This document shows positions 18,296-28,888 of a stretch of DNA of 32,000 nucleotides, piece by piece (the stretch's first letter is position 1; every line of letters starts with the position of its first letter). The notes below the pieces were generated by a model. The model was not told the origin of the DNA. It was given only the letters and a program-made list of their open reading frames with translations, and made no database searches. Location of the stretch: the NCBI GenBank assembly GCA_900234795.1, contig LT962688.1, positions 30,001 through 62,000 on the forward strand, written 5' to 3'. A program made the translations under genes and the position numbers. The stretch is from Methylorubrum extorquens (GTDB taxonomy: Bacteria > Pseudomonadota > Alphaproteobacteria > Rhizobiales > Beijerinckiaceae).

Positions 18296-19829
18296 TCAGA
18301 GCGGGATGTTGTCGTGCTTCTTCCAGGGCTGCTCCATCTCCTTGGTGCGCAGCATCCCGAGCGCCCGCGCGATCCGCTTGCGGGTGGAGTGGGGCATGAT
18401 CACCTCGTCGATGTAGCCGCGCTCCGCCGCCACGAAGGGCGAGAGGGAAGCGGTCCTCGTATTCCTTGGTCCGCTCGGCGATCTTGTCCGCATCGCCGAT
18501 CTCGGCGCGGAAGATGATCTCGACCGCGCCCTTGGCGCCCATCACCGCGATCTGCGCCGTCGGCCACGCGTAGTTCAGGTCGGCGCCGACATGCTTCGAG
18601 GCCATGACGTCGTAGGCGCCGCCGAAGGCCTTGCGGGTGATGATGGTCACGAGCGGCACAGTGGCTTGGCTGTAGGCGAAGAGCAGCTTGGCGCCGTGCT
18701 TGATCAGGCCGCCATATTCCTGCGCCGTGCCCGGCAGGAAGCCCGGCACGTCCACGAAGGTGACAATCGGGATCGAGAAGGCGTTGCAGAAGCGCACGAA
18801 GCGGGCCGCCTTCCGGGACGCGTCCGAATCGAGCACGCCGGCCAGCACCAGCGGCTGGTTGGCGACGAAACCGACGGTGCGGCCCTCGACGCGGCCGAAG
18901 CCGGTGATGATGTTGCGGGCGTAAGCCGCCTGGATCTCGAAGAAGTCGCCTTCGTCCACGACCCGGCGGATCAGCTCGCCCATGTCGTAGGGCTTGTTCG
19001 GGTTGTCCGGGATCAGCGTGTCGAGCGACTTGTCGAGGCGGTTGACGTCGTCGAAGCTCTCGATCTCCGGCACGCCCTCGATGTTGTTCGCGGGCAGGAA
19101 GTCGAGCAGGCGGCGGATCTGGAGGATCGCCTCGACGTCGTTCTCGAACGAACCGTCGGCGATCGAAGATTTCGAGGTGTGGACCTTGGCGCCGCCGAGT
19201 TCCTCGGCGGTCACGACCTCGTTGGTGACGGTCTTCACCACGTCGGGGCCGGTCACGAACATGTAGCTCGTGTCACGCACCATGAAGATGAAGTCGGTCA
19301 TGGCCGGCGAGTAGACGTCGCCGCCCGCGCACGGCCCCATGATGACCGAGATCTGCGGGATCACGCCGGAGGCCGCGACGTTGCGGCGGAACACCTCGCC
19401 GTAGCCGCCGAGCGCCGCCACGCCCTCCTGGATGCGGGCGCCGCCGGCATCGAAGATGCCGATGATCGGGGCGCGCATCTTCAGCGCCATGTCCTGGACC
19501 TTGACGATCTTGGCCGCGTGCGCCTCGGAGAGCGAGCCGCCGAACACCGTGAAGTCCTTCGAGAACAGGAAGACGGTGCGTCCGTTCACAGTGCCCCAGC
19601 CGGTGACGACGCCGTCGCCGGGGATCTTCTGCTTCTCCATGCCGAAATCGGTGGAGCGGTGCTGCACGAACATGTCGAATTCCTCGAACGACCCGTGGTC
19701 GAGCAGGAGTTCGATGCGCTCGCGCGCCGTGAGCTTGCCGCGCTTGTGCTGCGCCTCGAGCCGCTTTTCCCCGCCGCCGAGACGGGCCTGTGCGCGACGC
19801 TCCTCAAGCTTCTCGAGAATGTCCTTCAT
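18296..19829 (-). pseudogene. pccB: Propionyl-CoA carboxylase beta subunit (carboxyltransferase), frame broken once as written
   Basis: ATG at 19829 ([23 protein letters not shown]...). The body lies in track ORF 18243..19829 up to ...KEYEDRF. The conserved C-terminus [48 protein letters not shown] lies in ORF 18296..18493. The switch is at the G-run 18445-18447, and 1534 nt minus 1 equals 511 codons. Confidence 0.88.
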
Positions 19830-20114
19830 GGTGCTGGCGAGACTCCCTGGGGATCGAAATCGTTTTTTGAATACAGATCAGAGCGTAAGAGCTTGACCTT
19901 GCATCGATCGATCGCCCTTAGCACGCGTTCCCGCCCTCGGAAACGGCCAGCGACGCGGCGCGAGCATCCTCCTTTTCTCCGAAAGCCGGCGGCCAGCGTT
20001 CGGGACGACGCTCAACCGCAGCCAATCCGCGGGCCTTGCGGTTGATATGGTGGCCCCGGCTCGAGGGCCGGGGCCGCGCGCTCTCAGAAATTCGATACGG
20101 ACGAACCCTCGTCC

Positions 20115-20258
20115 TCAGCCCTTCTTGATCAGCGGCGTCGGCTCGACCGGTGCGGGCGGGGGCTTGGTCGCGCAGGCAGCAGCACTCAGGGTGAGCACGG
20201 CCGTGAGGGTGGCAAGGGCGATCCGCCGGATGTTGAGTCGAAGGGTCGGCACGTTCAT
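20115..20258 (-). CDS. Small putative lipoprotein (47 aa), below the ORF-track cutoff
   Basis: It translates as MNVPTLRLNIRRIALATLTAVLTLSAAACATKPPPAPVEPTPLIKKG, with a signal peptide and a lipobox (LSAAAC). GGAG lies immediately upstream of the ATG, which is tight spacing. Confidence 0.4.
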   Translation of the reverse strand: MNVPTLRLNIRRIALATLTAVLTLSAAACATKPPPAPVEPTPLIKKG

Positions 20259-20423
20259 CTCCAAAAGTTGGACGATGCCAAATTGGAATGGGAACAGGCC
20301 GGCCCGCTAGTGCGCCGCAGTGACACTTAAACTTAGTATGACCAGGAAATTATAATCGATCCAAGATTAGGCATCTTGCCTTACCAGTGGTCGCACCCGC
20401 ATCATCCATGTGCAAACGGCGGT

Positions 20424-21227
20424 TCAATTGGGTCGTTGCGCCACCATCGCCGCGGTCTCGAACTCCGTCCGGCGGTGGGCGAGGCGCGCCTCGGCCTCGG
20501 CATCACGCCCCCAGACACTCGCCTGATAGGTCTCGTCCACATGCGCCGCCGCCCAGGCGTCGTCCGCGCTCAGGCGGCCGTGCAGCACGGCCAGCGCAAT
20601 CACGAGGGAGCCGGTCAGCGTCGTGAGAGTGTGCAGGGCCGCGAGGCGGAACGGGTCGTCCACCGCCTCGATCGCGGCGCGCAACGCGGCCACCGAGCCG
20701 TCCGGCTGCTCAACATGCATGACGCCCTCGGCGAGGAACAGCCGTGCGCCGAGCGTCTCGGCCACCCAAGTCACGAGCGGGTCCCAGGCCTCCGCCTGCA
20801 CGGCAACGAGGCGTTCGGGCGCGCCGGCCCGGTAGGCAACGAGATCGGTGCCGGCAAAGGCGGCGAGATCCTCGGCGACCGCGGCGCGGCGCTCGACCAC
20901 GCCATCGATCGTGGTGTTGACGAGGCGGGTCAGCGGCATGGTGCGCGGGTCGATCACATCCGCTTGCGCCTCCCATTCCGCCGCGAGCGCTTCGCCCAGC
21001 ACCCGGTCGGGCACGACCAACGGCCGGCGGCCCGGCGTGTTGGCGCCGCGCCCGTCGAGGACGAGGCGGAAGCCGCCCTCGGCCTCCGCGAGGCCGGCCT
21101 GCGCGTAGAAGCGCTTCGGCAGCGTCGGCCCCGTACCGGCGCGAGAGGCCTGGACGCGGTCCGGCTTTCCGTTCTCGCCGGGTTCGCCCAGCCAATCTCG
21201 GGTGACGTCTTCGCCTGAAGTGCTCAT
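20424..21227 (-). CDS. ATP12 family F1-ATPase assembly chaperone
   Basis: 267 aa. The pattern KRFYAQAGL...GGFRLVLDGRGANTPGRRPLVVP...LAAEWEAQ...IDPRTMPLTRLVNTTIDGV is typical of bacterial ATP12 homologues (from memory). Confidence 0.75.
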   Translation of the reverse strand: MSTSGEDVTRDWLGEPGENGKPDRVQASRAGTGPTLPKRFYAQAGLAEAEGGFRLVLDGRGANTPGRRPLVVPDRVLGEALAAEWEAQADVIDPRTMPLTRLVNTTIDGVVERRAAVAEDLAAFAGTDLVAYRAGAPERLVAVQAEAWDPLVTWVAETLGARLFLAEGVMHVEQPDGSVAALRAAIEAVDDPFRLAALHTLTTLTGSLVIALAVLHGRLSADDAWAAAHVDETYQASVWGRDAEAEARLAHRRTEFETAAMVAQRPN

Positions 21228-21287
21228 GATCCGCAGATAGGATTTCTCATCGCGTCGCGCGAGTCTCGGTTGCGGCGGCGGATGCGC

Positions 21288-22013
21288 CTATTGCGTCGCG
21301 AGCCGTTCCGTCACCGGGCCCGGCTTCGAATCGTCTAGGGGCCCAGAGAACAGGTCGCTCAAGGTCGCCGCCGAATCGACGACCGTGACCGCACCCGCGC
21401 TGAACAGGGCCCCGGGGGTGTGGTAGCCCCAGCCGACGCCGATGGCGGCGACGCTCGCGCTCCGGGCCATCATCATGTCGAAGGTCGTGTCGCCGATCAT
21501 CACGGTCATCGAGGGTTCGGCGCCGGTCTCGGCCATGGCCTGAAGCAGCATCGCCGGATCGGGCTTGGAGGGGGCGTCGTCGGCGGTCTGGATCGTAGCG
21601 AACCAGCGCTCCCAGCCGTACTTGTCCACGAGATGATTGACGCCCCGGCGTGACTTGCCGGTGGCGATGCCGAGCTGGATGTCGTCGCGGCGGTGCAGCC
21701 GCTCGACCAACTCGGCCATGCCCGGAAACAGCGGCTCCTCGTAGTCGGGATCGACCCGCAACGCCTGGAATGCCTTGCGATAGCTATGCGCGAGCGACTC
21801 GATCGGGCCGGCTTCGCCGACGAGGCGACGGAACGCCTCGGGCAGGGACAGCCCGACGACGGACAACGCCTCCTTGCGCGGCGGCGCTGCCAAGCCATGC
21901 TCGGAGAAGGCGCGGTGCTGCGCCTCCACGATCAGGTGCTGGCTGTCGATGAGGGTGCCATCGACATCGAGGACGATCAGCTTGAGCACAGCCGGAGCGC
22001 CCCGTCGGCTCAC
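21288..22013 (-). CDS. HAD-superfamily hydrolase (phosphoglycolate phosphatase-like)
   Basis: 241 aa from GTG at 22013. It has HAD motif I (LIVLDVDGTLIDS), motif II (IATGKS) and motif IV (MIGDTTFDMMMA). Confidence 0.8.
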   Translation of the reverse strand: MSRRGAPAVLKLIVLDVDGTLIDSQHLIVEAQHRAFSEHGLAAPPRKEALSVVGLSLPEAFRRLVGEAGPIESLAHSYRKAFQALRVDPDYEEPLFPGMAELVERLHRRDDIQLGIATGKSRRGVNHLVDKYGWERWFATIQTADDAPSKPDPAMLLQAMAETGAEPSMTVMIGDTTFDMMMARSASVAAIGVGWGYHTPGALFSAGAVTVVDSAATLSDLFSGPLDDSKPGPVTERLATQ

Positions 22014-22396
22014 GGCCTGCGAGCGGGCGCCGGCTGCGAGGCCGGGCGTCGCTCGTAACCGAGGCGGCAGCGTACGAGGAAGCGGCGGCGTGCGCCGCCG
22101 GACAGCCTGCGGCGATGCGATTCGCGGTTACAGGCGGCGTAGGAGATGCGCCGTCGGCGCTCGGAGGCCCGCATGCCCGCACCCGGCGGTCGCGCCGCCG
22201 GTGCCGCCTGAGGCGGGGCAGGGGCCGCACCATGGGGCGGGCCTTGGACCTGTCCTTGCAGCGGACCTTGGGACTGTCCCTGCGATTGTCCTTGGGGCTG
22301 CCCCGCCGCCCCATCGCCGGGCGGCGCCGCACCAGCCGGCGCAGCGGCCCAGAGCAGGCCGGCCAGCGCGACGGACAACAGGGTGACGGGCCTCAT
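22010..22396 (-). CDS. Secreted hypothetical protein with a Gln/Gly repeat and an Arg-rich C-terminus
   Basis: 128 aa with a signal peptide (MRPVTLLSVALAGLLWAAAPAGA) and the repeat QGQSQGQSQGPLQGQVQG. Its stop overlaps the HAD start (GTGA). No family is recognised, and the high-GC background makes it less certain. Confidence 0.5.
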   Translation of the reverse strand: MRPVTLLSVALAGLLWAAAPAGAAPPGDGAAGQPQGQSQGQSQGPLQGQVQGPPHGAAPAPPQAAPAARPPGAGMRASERRRRISYAACNRESHRRRLSGGARRRFLVRCRLGYERRPASQPAPARRP

Positions 22397-22633
22397 GCGA
22401 TCCTGAACCTCGTTGTACCGGCCCGTGGCAGGGAAAGGCTTTGGACAGCCCCGACGACCTCTGCCTCAGCCCGTCGATTCGAACTGTGGCAACGGGCTTC
22501 CGGGCCTGAACGCGGTTCCGATAGAAGCACCTCGCGGTGTCCTCGTCCACGCAGCGACTGACGAAGCAAGAGTTATGGCAACAGGCCCGTGTTCCAAGGC
22601 TCTCCTCGTTTTCGTGAAGAGCCCCGGATTGTG

Positions 22634-24040
22634 TCAGGCTTCCGGCGCTTCGACGATCGGGTCGTAGCGGGCGGCATCGAAACCGAGCAGGTTCCAACTC
22701 TGCGCCATGTGCGGCGGCAGCGGGGCGCTGACATCGACCGGCTGGCCGGTGCGCGGATGCGGGATCACGATGCGGCGGGCGAGCAGGTGCAGCCGATTCT
22801 GGATGCCGCCGGGCAGCTCCCAGTTCTCCACGTCGAAATATTTCGGGTCGCCGACGATCGGGTGGCCGATATGCGCAGCGTGGGCCCGCAACTGGTGCGT
22901 CCGCCCGGTGACGGGTTTCAGCGAGAGCCAGGCCAGCTTCTGCGCCGCCTGATCGACCGTGGCGTAGTAGGTGAGCGCGTGGCTGGCGCCGTCGTCGCCG
23001 TGTTTGGCGACGCGCATGCGCGCATCGGCGTCGGTCGGCTCGTCCTTGACGAGGTAGGTCGAGACCCGGCCCTGGCGGGTGCGGGGCACGCCGGCCACCA
23101 GCGCCCAGTAGATCTTGCGCGCGGCGCGGGAGCGGAAGCTCTTGGCCAGCGTCGACGCGGCCAGACGCGTCTTGGCAACGATCAGGCAGCCAGCCGTGTC
23201 CTTGTCGAGGCGGTGGACGAGGCGCGGGCGCTGTCCATCCGGCCCGGTCAACGCCTCCAACAGGCCGTCGACGTGGCGCACGGTGCCCGAGCCGCCTTGC
23301 ACCGCGAGGCCGAACGGCTTGTTGAGGATCATCATGTCCGCGTCCTCGTAGAGGATCAGCGAACGCAGGAACTCGGCGTCCCCGTCGATCTTGGCGGCGC
23401 TGCGCGGCCTCTCGGTCGGCTGGTCGAGCTTGAGCGGCGGCACCCGCACGCTCGAACCCGGCTCCAGCCGGTCGTTCGGCTTGGCGCGCTTGCCATCGAC
23501 CCGCAACTCGCCCTTGCGGACGATGCTCTGCACGCGAGTGAAGGGAAGCTGCGGAAAGCGCGCGCCCAGAAAGCGGTCGATGCGCATCCCGGCCTCGTCG
23601 GGGTCGACGGTCAGCGTCTGCACGCCACTTGCCAGCGTCGCCGAGGCCGCAGCCCGCTGTTCGCGGCGCGTCGGGCCGGCCGGAGCCTCCGCGGGCGGTG
23701 CCTTGGCCGGGTCAGGCTTGGCCAAGGACGGCTTGGCAAAGGAGGGCTTGGCGAATGACGGCTTGGCAGCGCGAGGCTTGTCAGAAGGCGATTTGGCGCG
23801 AGCGCGCGGCGCGTCCGGCTTCGGTGCGGCAGCTTCGGGCACGCGATTCGGGCGCGGTGCGCTCTCGCTTGCCGCGCCGTCATCCCAGGGCGAGCGCTCG
23901 GCGGCGTCCTCGCCGCGGTTGCGGGCGGCGCGCTGCGCGGCGTCTTTGGCGGAGGTGCGCGGCCCCGTGCCGGCACGCGGCGCGAACCCGCTGGGTCCGC
24001 GTTTTGCGCCGGACCCGCGATGTGGTGGACGTCCCTTCAT
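22634..24040 (-). CDS. RluA-family 23S rRNA pseudouridine synthase (RluC/RluD type) with a ~140-aa low-complexity N-terminal extension
   Basis: 468 aa with an S4-like region (MRIDRFLGARF...VRKGELRVDGKR), the catalytic motif HRLDKDTAGCLIVAK, and GRTHQLRAH. The N-terminus is rich in Lys/Ala/Pro/Arg. Confidence 0.85.
   Translation of the reverse strand: MKGRPPHRGSGAKRGPSGFAPRAGTGPRTSAKDAAQRAARNRGEDAAERSPWDDGAASESAPRPNRVPEAAAPKPDAPRARAKSPSDKPRAAKPSFAKPSFAKPSLAKPDPAKAPPAEAPAGPTRREQRAAASATLASGVQTLTVDPDEAGMRIDRFLGARFPQLPFTRVQSIVRKGELRVDGKRAKPNDRLEPGSSVRVPPLKLDQPTERPRSAAKIDGDAEFLRSLILYEDADMMILNKPFGLAVQGGSGTVRHVDGLLEALTGPDGQRPRLVHRLDKDTAGCLIVAKTRLAASTLAKSFRSRAARKIYWALVAGVPRTRQGRVSTYLVKDEPTDADARMRVAKHGDDGASHALTYYATVDQAAQKLAWLSLKPVTGRTHQLRAHAAHIGHPIVGDPKYFDVENWELPGGIQNRLHLLARRIVIPHPRTGQPVDVSAPLPPHMAQSWNLLGFDAARYDPIVEAPEA
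23700..23804 (-). repeat. Imperfect 15-bp tandem repeat (about 6 units, GGCTTGGCNAANGAN on the + strand) inside the pseudouridine synthase gene
   Basis: Units start at 23715, 23730, 23745, 23760 and 23775, with degenerate flanking copies. They encode the pentapeptide repeats KPSFA-KPSFA-KPSLA-KPDPA. Confidence 0.7.
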
Positions 24041-24267
24041 GTGCCGCTGCTATCACCCTGAGATGACGGCGCAAAGCGCTGCGGCCGGTTGCGCGGCAGA
24101 ATCCTTGCCGACGATCCCTCGGCGCGCGGAGGCGGCGAGCCCCGGCGACCGGTGTAACTTCCGCTCGTACATGAACGGCCGGGATCGATCCGACCGTCTG
24201 CAAATCCTGCGAAAGCCGCTCTCCAAGGTGGGTGCAGCAGGAGGGCGCGCGGCCCCGGTTCGGCGCC

Positions 24268-25515
24268 TCAGGCGGCCAAACGCGCCGCCTCCAGGGTGAG
24301 GCCGAGCCCGACCGAACCGAACGTGTCGCCATCGACGACCCGCGCGCCCGGCACGCAGGCGGTCAGCGCCGCGCGCACATGCGGCAGACCGGTCGAGCCG
24401 CCGGTGAGGAACAGCGCGTCGATCCGATCGGCCGTCAGCCCGGCCTGATCGAGGCAGCGGCTGATCCGCTGCGCCATGCGCCGCGCGAGTTCATCGGTAT
24501 GTCCGGCCAGCCGTGCTCGATCGACATCCGCCGCAAGGCCCGACTCGACCCATTCGAGATCGACCGTACCGGCCCCCGCATCGGAGGCGGCGATCTTCGC
24601 GCCCTCCACCGCCATGGCGAGGGAATGCCCGCGCTCCGCTTCGACGACGGTGCGCAAACGGGTCACGAGTTCCGGCCGGGCGGCGTCGCGAACCACCTCG
24701 TCGATCTCGCGCAGGGTCTTGGGGTTGTAGAGCCGGTTGATGCTCGACCATGTGGCGAGGTCGTGGAAGTAGGCGTTCGGCACGGCGAGGTCCGCCCGCT
24801 TCATCGGGCTCCCGAGCCCGAGGAGCGGCATAACCGCGCCGAGGCTCAGGTTCCGGTCGAAATCGGTGCCGCCGATGCGAATGCCGTCATTGGCCAGAAT
24901 GTCCTCGGCCCGCTCGTCGCGCCGATGCCGCTCGGGCGAGAGCCGGACGATGGAGAAGTCGGAGGTGCCGCCGCCGATATCGGCGATCAGCGCGATCTCC
25001 TCCGACGTCACCGTGCGCTCGTAATCGAGCGCGGCCGCGATCGGCTCGTACTGGAAGCGGACGTGGCGGAAACCGATGCTCTCGGCGATCTGGCGCAGCG
25101 TGTCTTCCGCCTTGCGGTCGGCGGCCGGGTCGTTGTCGACGAAATGGACCGGGCGGCCATGCACCACGGTGTCGAGTTCGACGCCGGCTTCCGCCTCGCC
25201 GCGCGCCTTCACCAGGGTGAGATAGCGGGCGATGACGTCGCGGAAGCGGATGCGCTCGCGTCCGACCGGCGTGGTCTCCTCGATCAGGGGTGAGCCGAGC
25301 ACGGATTTGAGCGCCCGCATCAGCCGGCCGGGCGTGCCCTCGACATAGGCTTCGATCGCCCCTCGCCCGATCTGCGCCTCCTGGCCGGGCGCGAAGAAGA
25401 TCGCGCTCGGCAGGGTGCGGTGCGTCCCCTCCAGCGGCACCAGGGTCGGACGGGCGCCCATGCCGATTCCGAGGGTGGTGTTGGACGTGCCGAAATCGAG
25501 GCCGCAGGCCGCCAT
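24268..25515 (-). CDS. Hsp70-family ATPase (YegD-like putative chaperone)
   Basis: 415 aa from ATG 25515 (MAACGLDFGTSNTTLGI). It has the actin/Hsp70 phosphate-1 motif, the phosphate-2 motif DIGGGTSDFS, and the adenosine motif LTGGSTGLP. Confidence 0.8.
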   Translation of the reverse strand: MAACGLDFGTSNTTLGIGMGARPTLVPLEGTHRTLPSAIFFAPGQEAQIGRGAIEAYVEGTPGRLMRALKSVLGSPLIEETTPVGRERIRFRDVIARYLTLVKARGEAEAGVELDTVVHGRPVHFVDNDPAADRKAEDTLRQIAESIGFRHVRFQYEPIAAALDYERTVTSEEIALIADIGGGTSDFSIVRLSPERHRRDERAEDILANDGIRIGGTDFDRNLSLGAVMPLLGLGSPMKRADLAVPNAYFHDLATWSSINRLYNPKTLREIDEVVRDAARPELVTRLRTVVEAERGHSLAMAVEGAKIAASDAGAGTVDLEWVESGLAADVDRARLAGHTDELARRMAQRISRCLDQAGLTADRIDALFLTGGSTGLPHVRAALTACVPGARVVDGDTFGSVGLGLTLEAARLAA

Positions 25516-25602
25516 ATGACCGGATCGCTTGGATTCTGAGGGGAGGGCGGCTCCGTTACGGCCCCCGGCCGCAGAGTGCAATCCCCGGACCGGCCTCGTT
25601 CA

Positions 25603-25632
25603 GGGCGATCATCTGACGGGATCGCCCTTTTC
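25603..25632 (+). terminator. Terminator-like hairpin whose T-run is on the + strand, in an intergenic region flanked only by minus-strand genes
   Basis: GGGCGATC / 9-nt loop / GATCGCCC is followed by TTTTC. It may simply act as a U-less terminator for the M32 gene on the other strand. Confidence 0.3.
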
Positions 25633-25677
25633 ACCCGGGCCTCGAACGGGTGCCCTGCCACCTCGTTCGATCTGCTC

Positions 25678-27171
<1,494 letters not shown>

Positions 27172-27206
27172 GATCGGTCGAGATCCCTCGGTGTCGTCCC
27201 TGACGG

Positions 27207-28520
27207 TCAATCGTCGCCGCGGCGCTCCTGCCGCAGCCGTTCCCAGTAGGCCAGCCGCTCCCGGTAGCGGGTTTCCATGCCCCGGTCGGTCGGCTCGTAG
27301 AAATGCTGGCGGCCAAGCGCTTCCGGCCAATAATCCTGGCCCGAGAAGGCATCGGGCTCGTCGTGGTCGTAGCGGTAACCCTCGCCGTAGCCGATCCGCC
27401 GCATCAGCCCCGTGGGGGCGTTGAGGATGGTGCGCGGCGGCGCGAGCGAGCCCGCAGCCTTCGCCACCCGTGTGGCCGCCTTGTAGGCGTTGTAGACCGC
27501 GTTCGATTTCGGCGCGCAGGCGAGATAGACGGTGACCTGCGCCAGCGCCAGTTCGCCCTCGGGCGAACCGAGGAAGTCGAAGGCGTCCTTGGCCGCGTTC
27601 GCCACGACAAGGGCCTGCGGGTCGGCCAGTCCGATATCCTCCACCGCCATCCGCACGAGGCGCCGGGCGATGAACAATCGGTCCTCGCCCGCATCCAGCA
27701 TGCGGCAGAGATAGTACAGGGCGGCGTCGGGATCCGAGCCGCGCACCGTCTTATGCAGCGCGGAGATGAGGTTGTAGTGCCCCTCCTGCGCCTTGTCGTA
27801 GATCGGCGCCCGGCGCTGCACGAGGCTCTGAAGCGTCTCCGCGTCGAGGATCTCGCCGGGTCGAGCCGAGCGCCACACCTCTTCCGCCAGCGTCAGCGCC
27901 GCGCGTCCGTCGCCGTCGGCCATGCGGATCAGCGCCGCGCGCGCCTCCTCATCGAGGGGCAGCGGCTGGCCGTCCATCTCTTCGGCCCGGGCCAGCAGCC
28001 GGGCGAGCGCGGGGGCGTCCAACGCACGAAACAGCAGCACCCGCGCGCGCGACAGCAGAGCGGCATTCAGTTCGAATGACGGATTCTCCGTCGTCGCGCC
28101 GACGAGCGTGACGGTCCCGTCCTCCATCACCGGCAGGAAGGCATCGAGCTGGGCGCGGTTGAAGCGATGGATCTCATCGACGAACAGGAGCGTGCCCTGG
28201 CCCGTCGCGCGCCGCTTGCGCGCCGCCTCGAACACCTTTCGCAGATCGGCGATGCCCGAGAAGATCGCCGAGATCTGCTCGAAATGTAGGGCGGTCTCGT
28301 GCGCGAGCAGCCGCGCCACGGTGGTCTTGCCGGTGCCGGGCGGCCCCCAGAACACGAGCGAGCCCAGGCTGCGCGAGGCGAGTAGACGCGTCAGCGCCCC
28401 GTCCGGCCCCGTGAGATGCTCCTGCCCCACGACCTCCGCGAGGCGACGCGGGCGCAGACGATCGGCGAGCGGCCGGGGCGCACCCGTCTCAAGACCGGCG
28501 GAAACGAACAGGTCGGACAT
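27207..28520 (-). CDS. rarA: Replication-associated recombination protein A (AAA+ ATPase MgsA/RarA)
   Basis: 437 aa from ATG 28520 (MSDLFVSAG...). It has Walker A (GPPGTGKTT), Walker B (LFVDEIHRFN) and the MgsA C-terminal region (YDKAQEGHYNLISALHKTVRGSDPDAALYY). Confidence 0.9.
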   Translation of the reverse strand: MSDLFVSAGLETGAPRPLADRLRPRRLAEVVGQEHLTGPDGALTRLLASRSLGSLVFWGPPGTGKTTVARLLAHETALHFEQISAIFSGIADLRKVFEAARKRRATGQGTLLFVDEIHRFNRAQLDAFLPVMEDGTVTLVGATTENPSFELNAALLSRARVLLFRALDAPALARLLARAEEMDGQPLPLDEEARAALIRMADGDGRAALTLAEEVWRSARPGEILDAETLQSLVQRRAPIYDKAQEGHYNLISALHKTVRGSDPDAALYYLCRMLDAGEDRLFIARRLVRMAVEDIGLADPQALVVANAAKDAFDFLGSPEGELALAQVTVYLACAPKSNAVYNAYKAATRVAKAAGSLAPPRTILNAPTGLMRRIGYGEGYRYDHDEPDAFSGQDYWPEALGRQHFYEPTDRGMETRYRERLAYWERLRQERRGDD

Positions 28521-28652
28521 GGGTGGCATGAACACCGCACGCCCATCCCTCCGCAAGGGCCCAGACGGCGAAGTCCCCCATCCGCTGCAAAGCCGGCTTG
28601 TGGGCGGGCCCGCCCCGTGCTAGGGCGCTCCGCGTCGATACGACACCTCTGC

Positions 28653-28742
28653 GGAGAGGTGGCAGAGCGGTTGAATGCACCGCACTCGAAATGCGGCATG
28701 GGTGCAAGCCCATCGGGGGTTCGAATCCCCCCCTCTCCGCCA
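28653..28742 (+). tRNA. tRNA-Ser (anticodon CGA), class II with a long variable arm
   Basis: The acceptor is GGAGAGG/CCTCTCC. The anticodon stem CCGCA/TGCGG carries loop CTCGAAA. The variable arm is ATGGG..CCCAT, the T arm is GGGGG TTCGAAT CCCCC, and an encoded GCCA is present. Confidence 0.9.
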
Positions 28743-28888
28743 CTTACCTGTTTCAGGCGGTTTCCCTCAGACCCTACACCCGTTGCTTCCGCTGCGCTTT
28801 TTCGCGCGGGCAGCTTGACGCGGTCCCATCCGAACCAACCAGATACCGCCTCACTTGCTGGGATAAATGCTGTGTGTTGGGCGGACAC

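Noticed and set aside
23700-23804. The 15-bp tandem repeats considered as a CRISPR-like or intergenic repeat array
   Set aside because: The units are contiguous with no spacers, they are in frame, and they lie inside a coding region. They encode a pentapeptide repeat.
28598-28888. The 5' part of track ORF 28598..29299 (+)
   Set aside because: It reads through tRNA-Ser(CGA). The integrase-like sequence starts only at ATG 28889.
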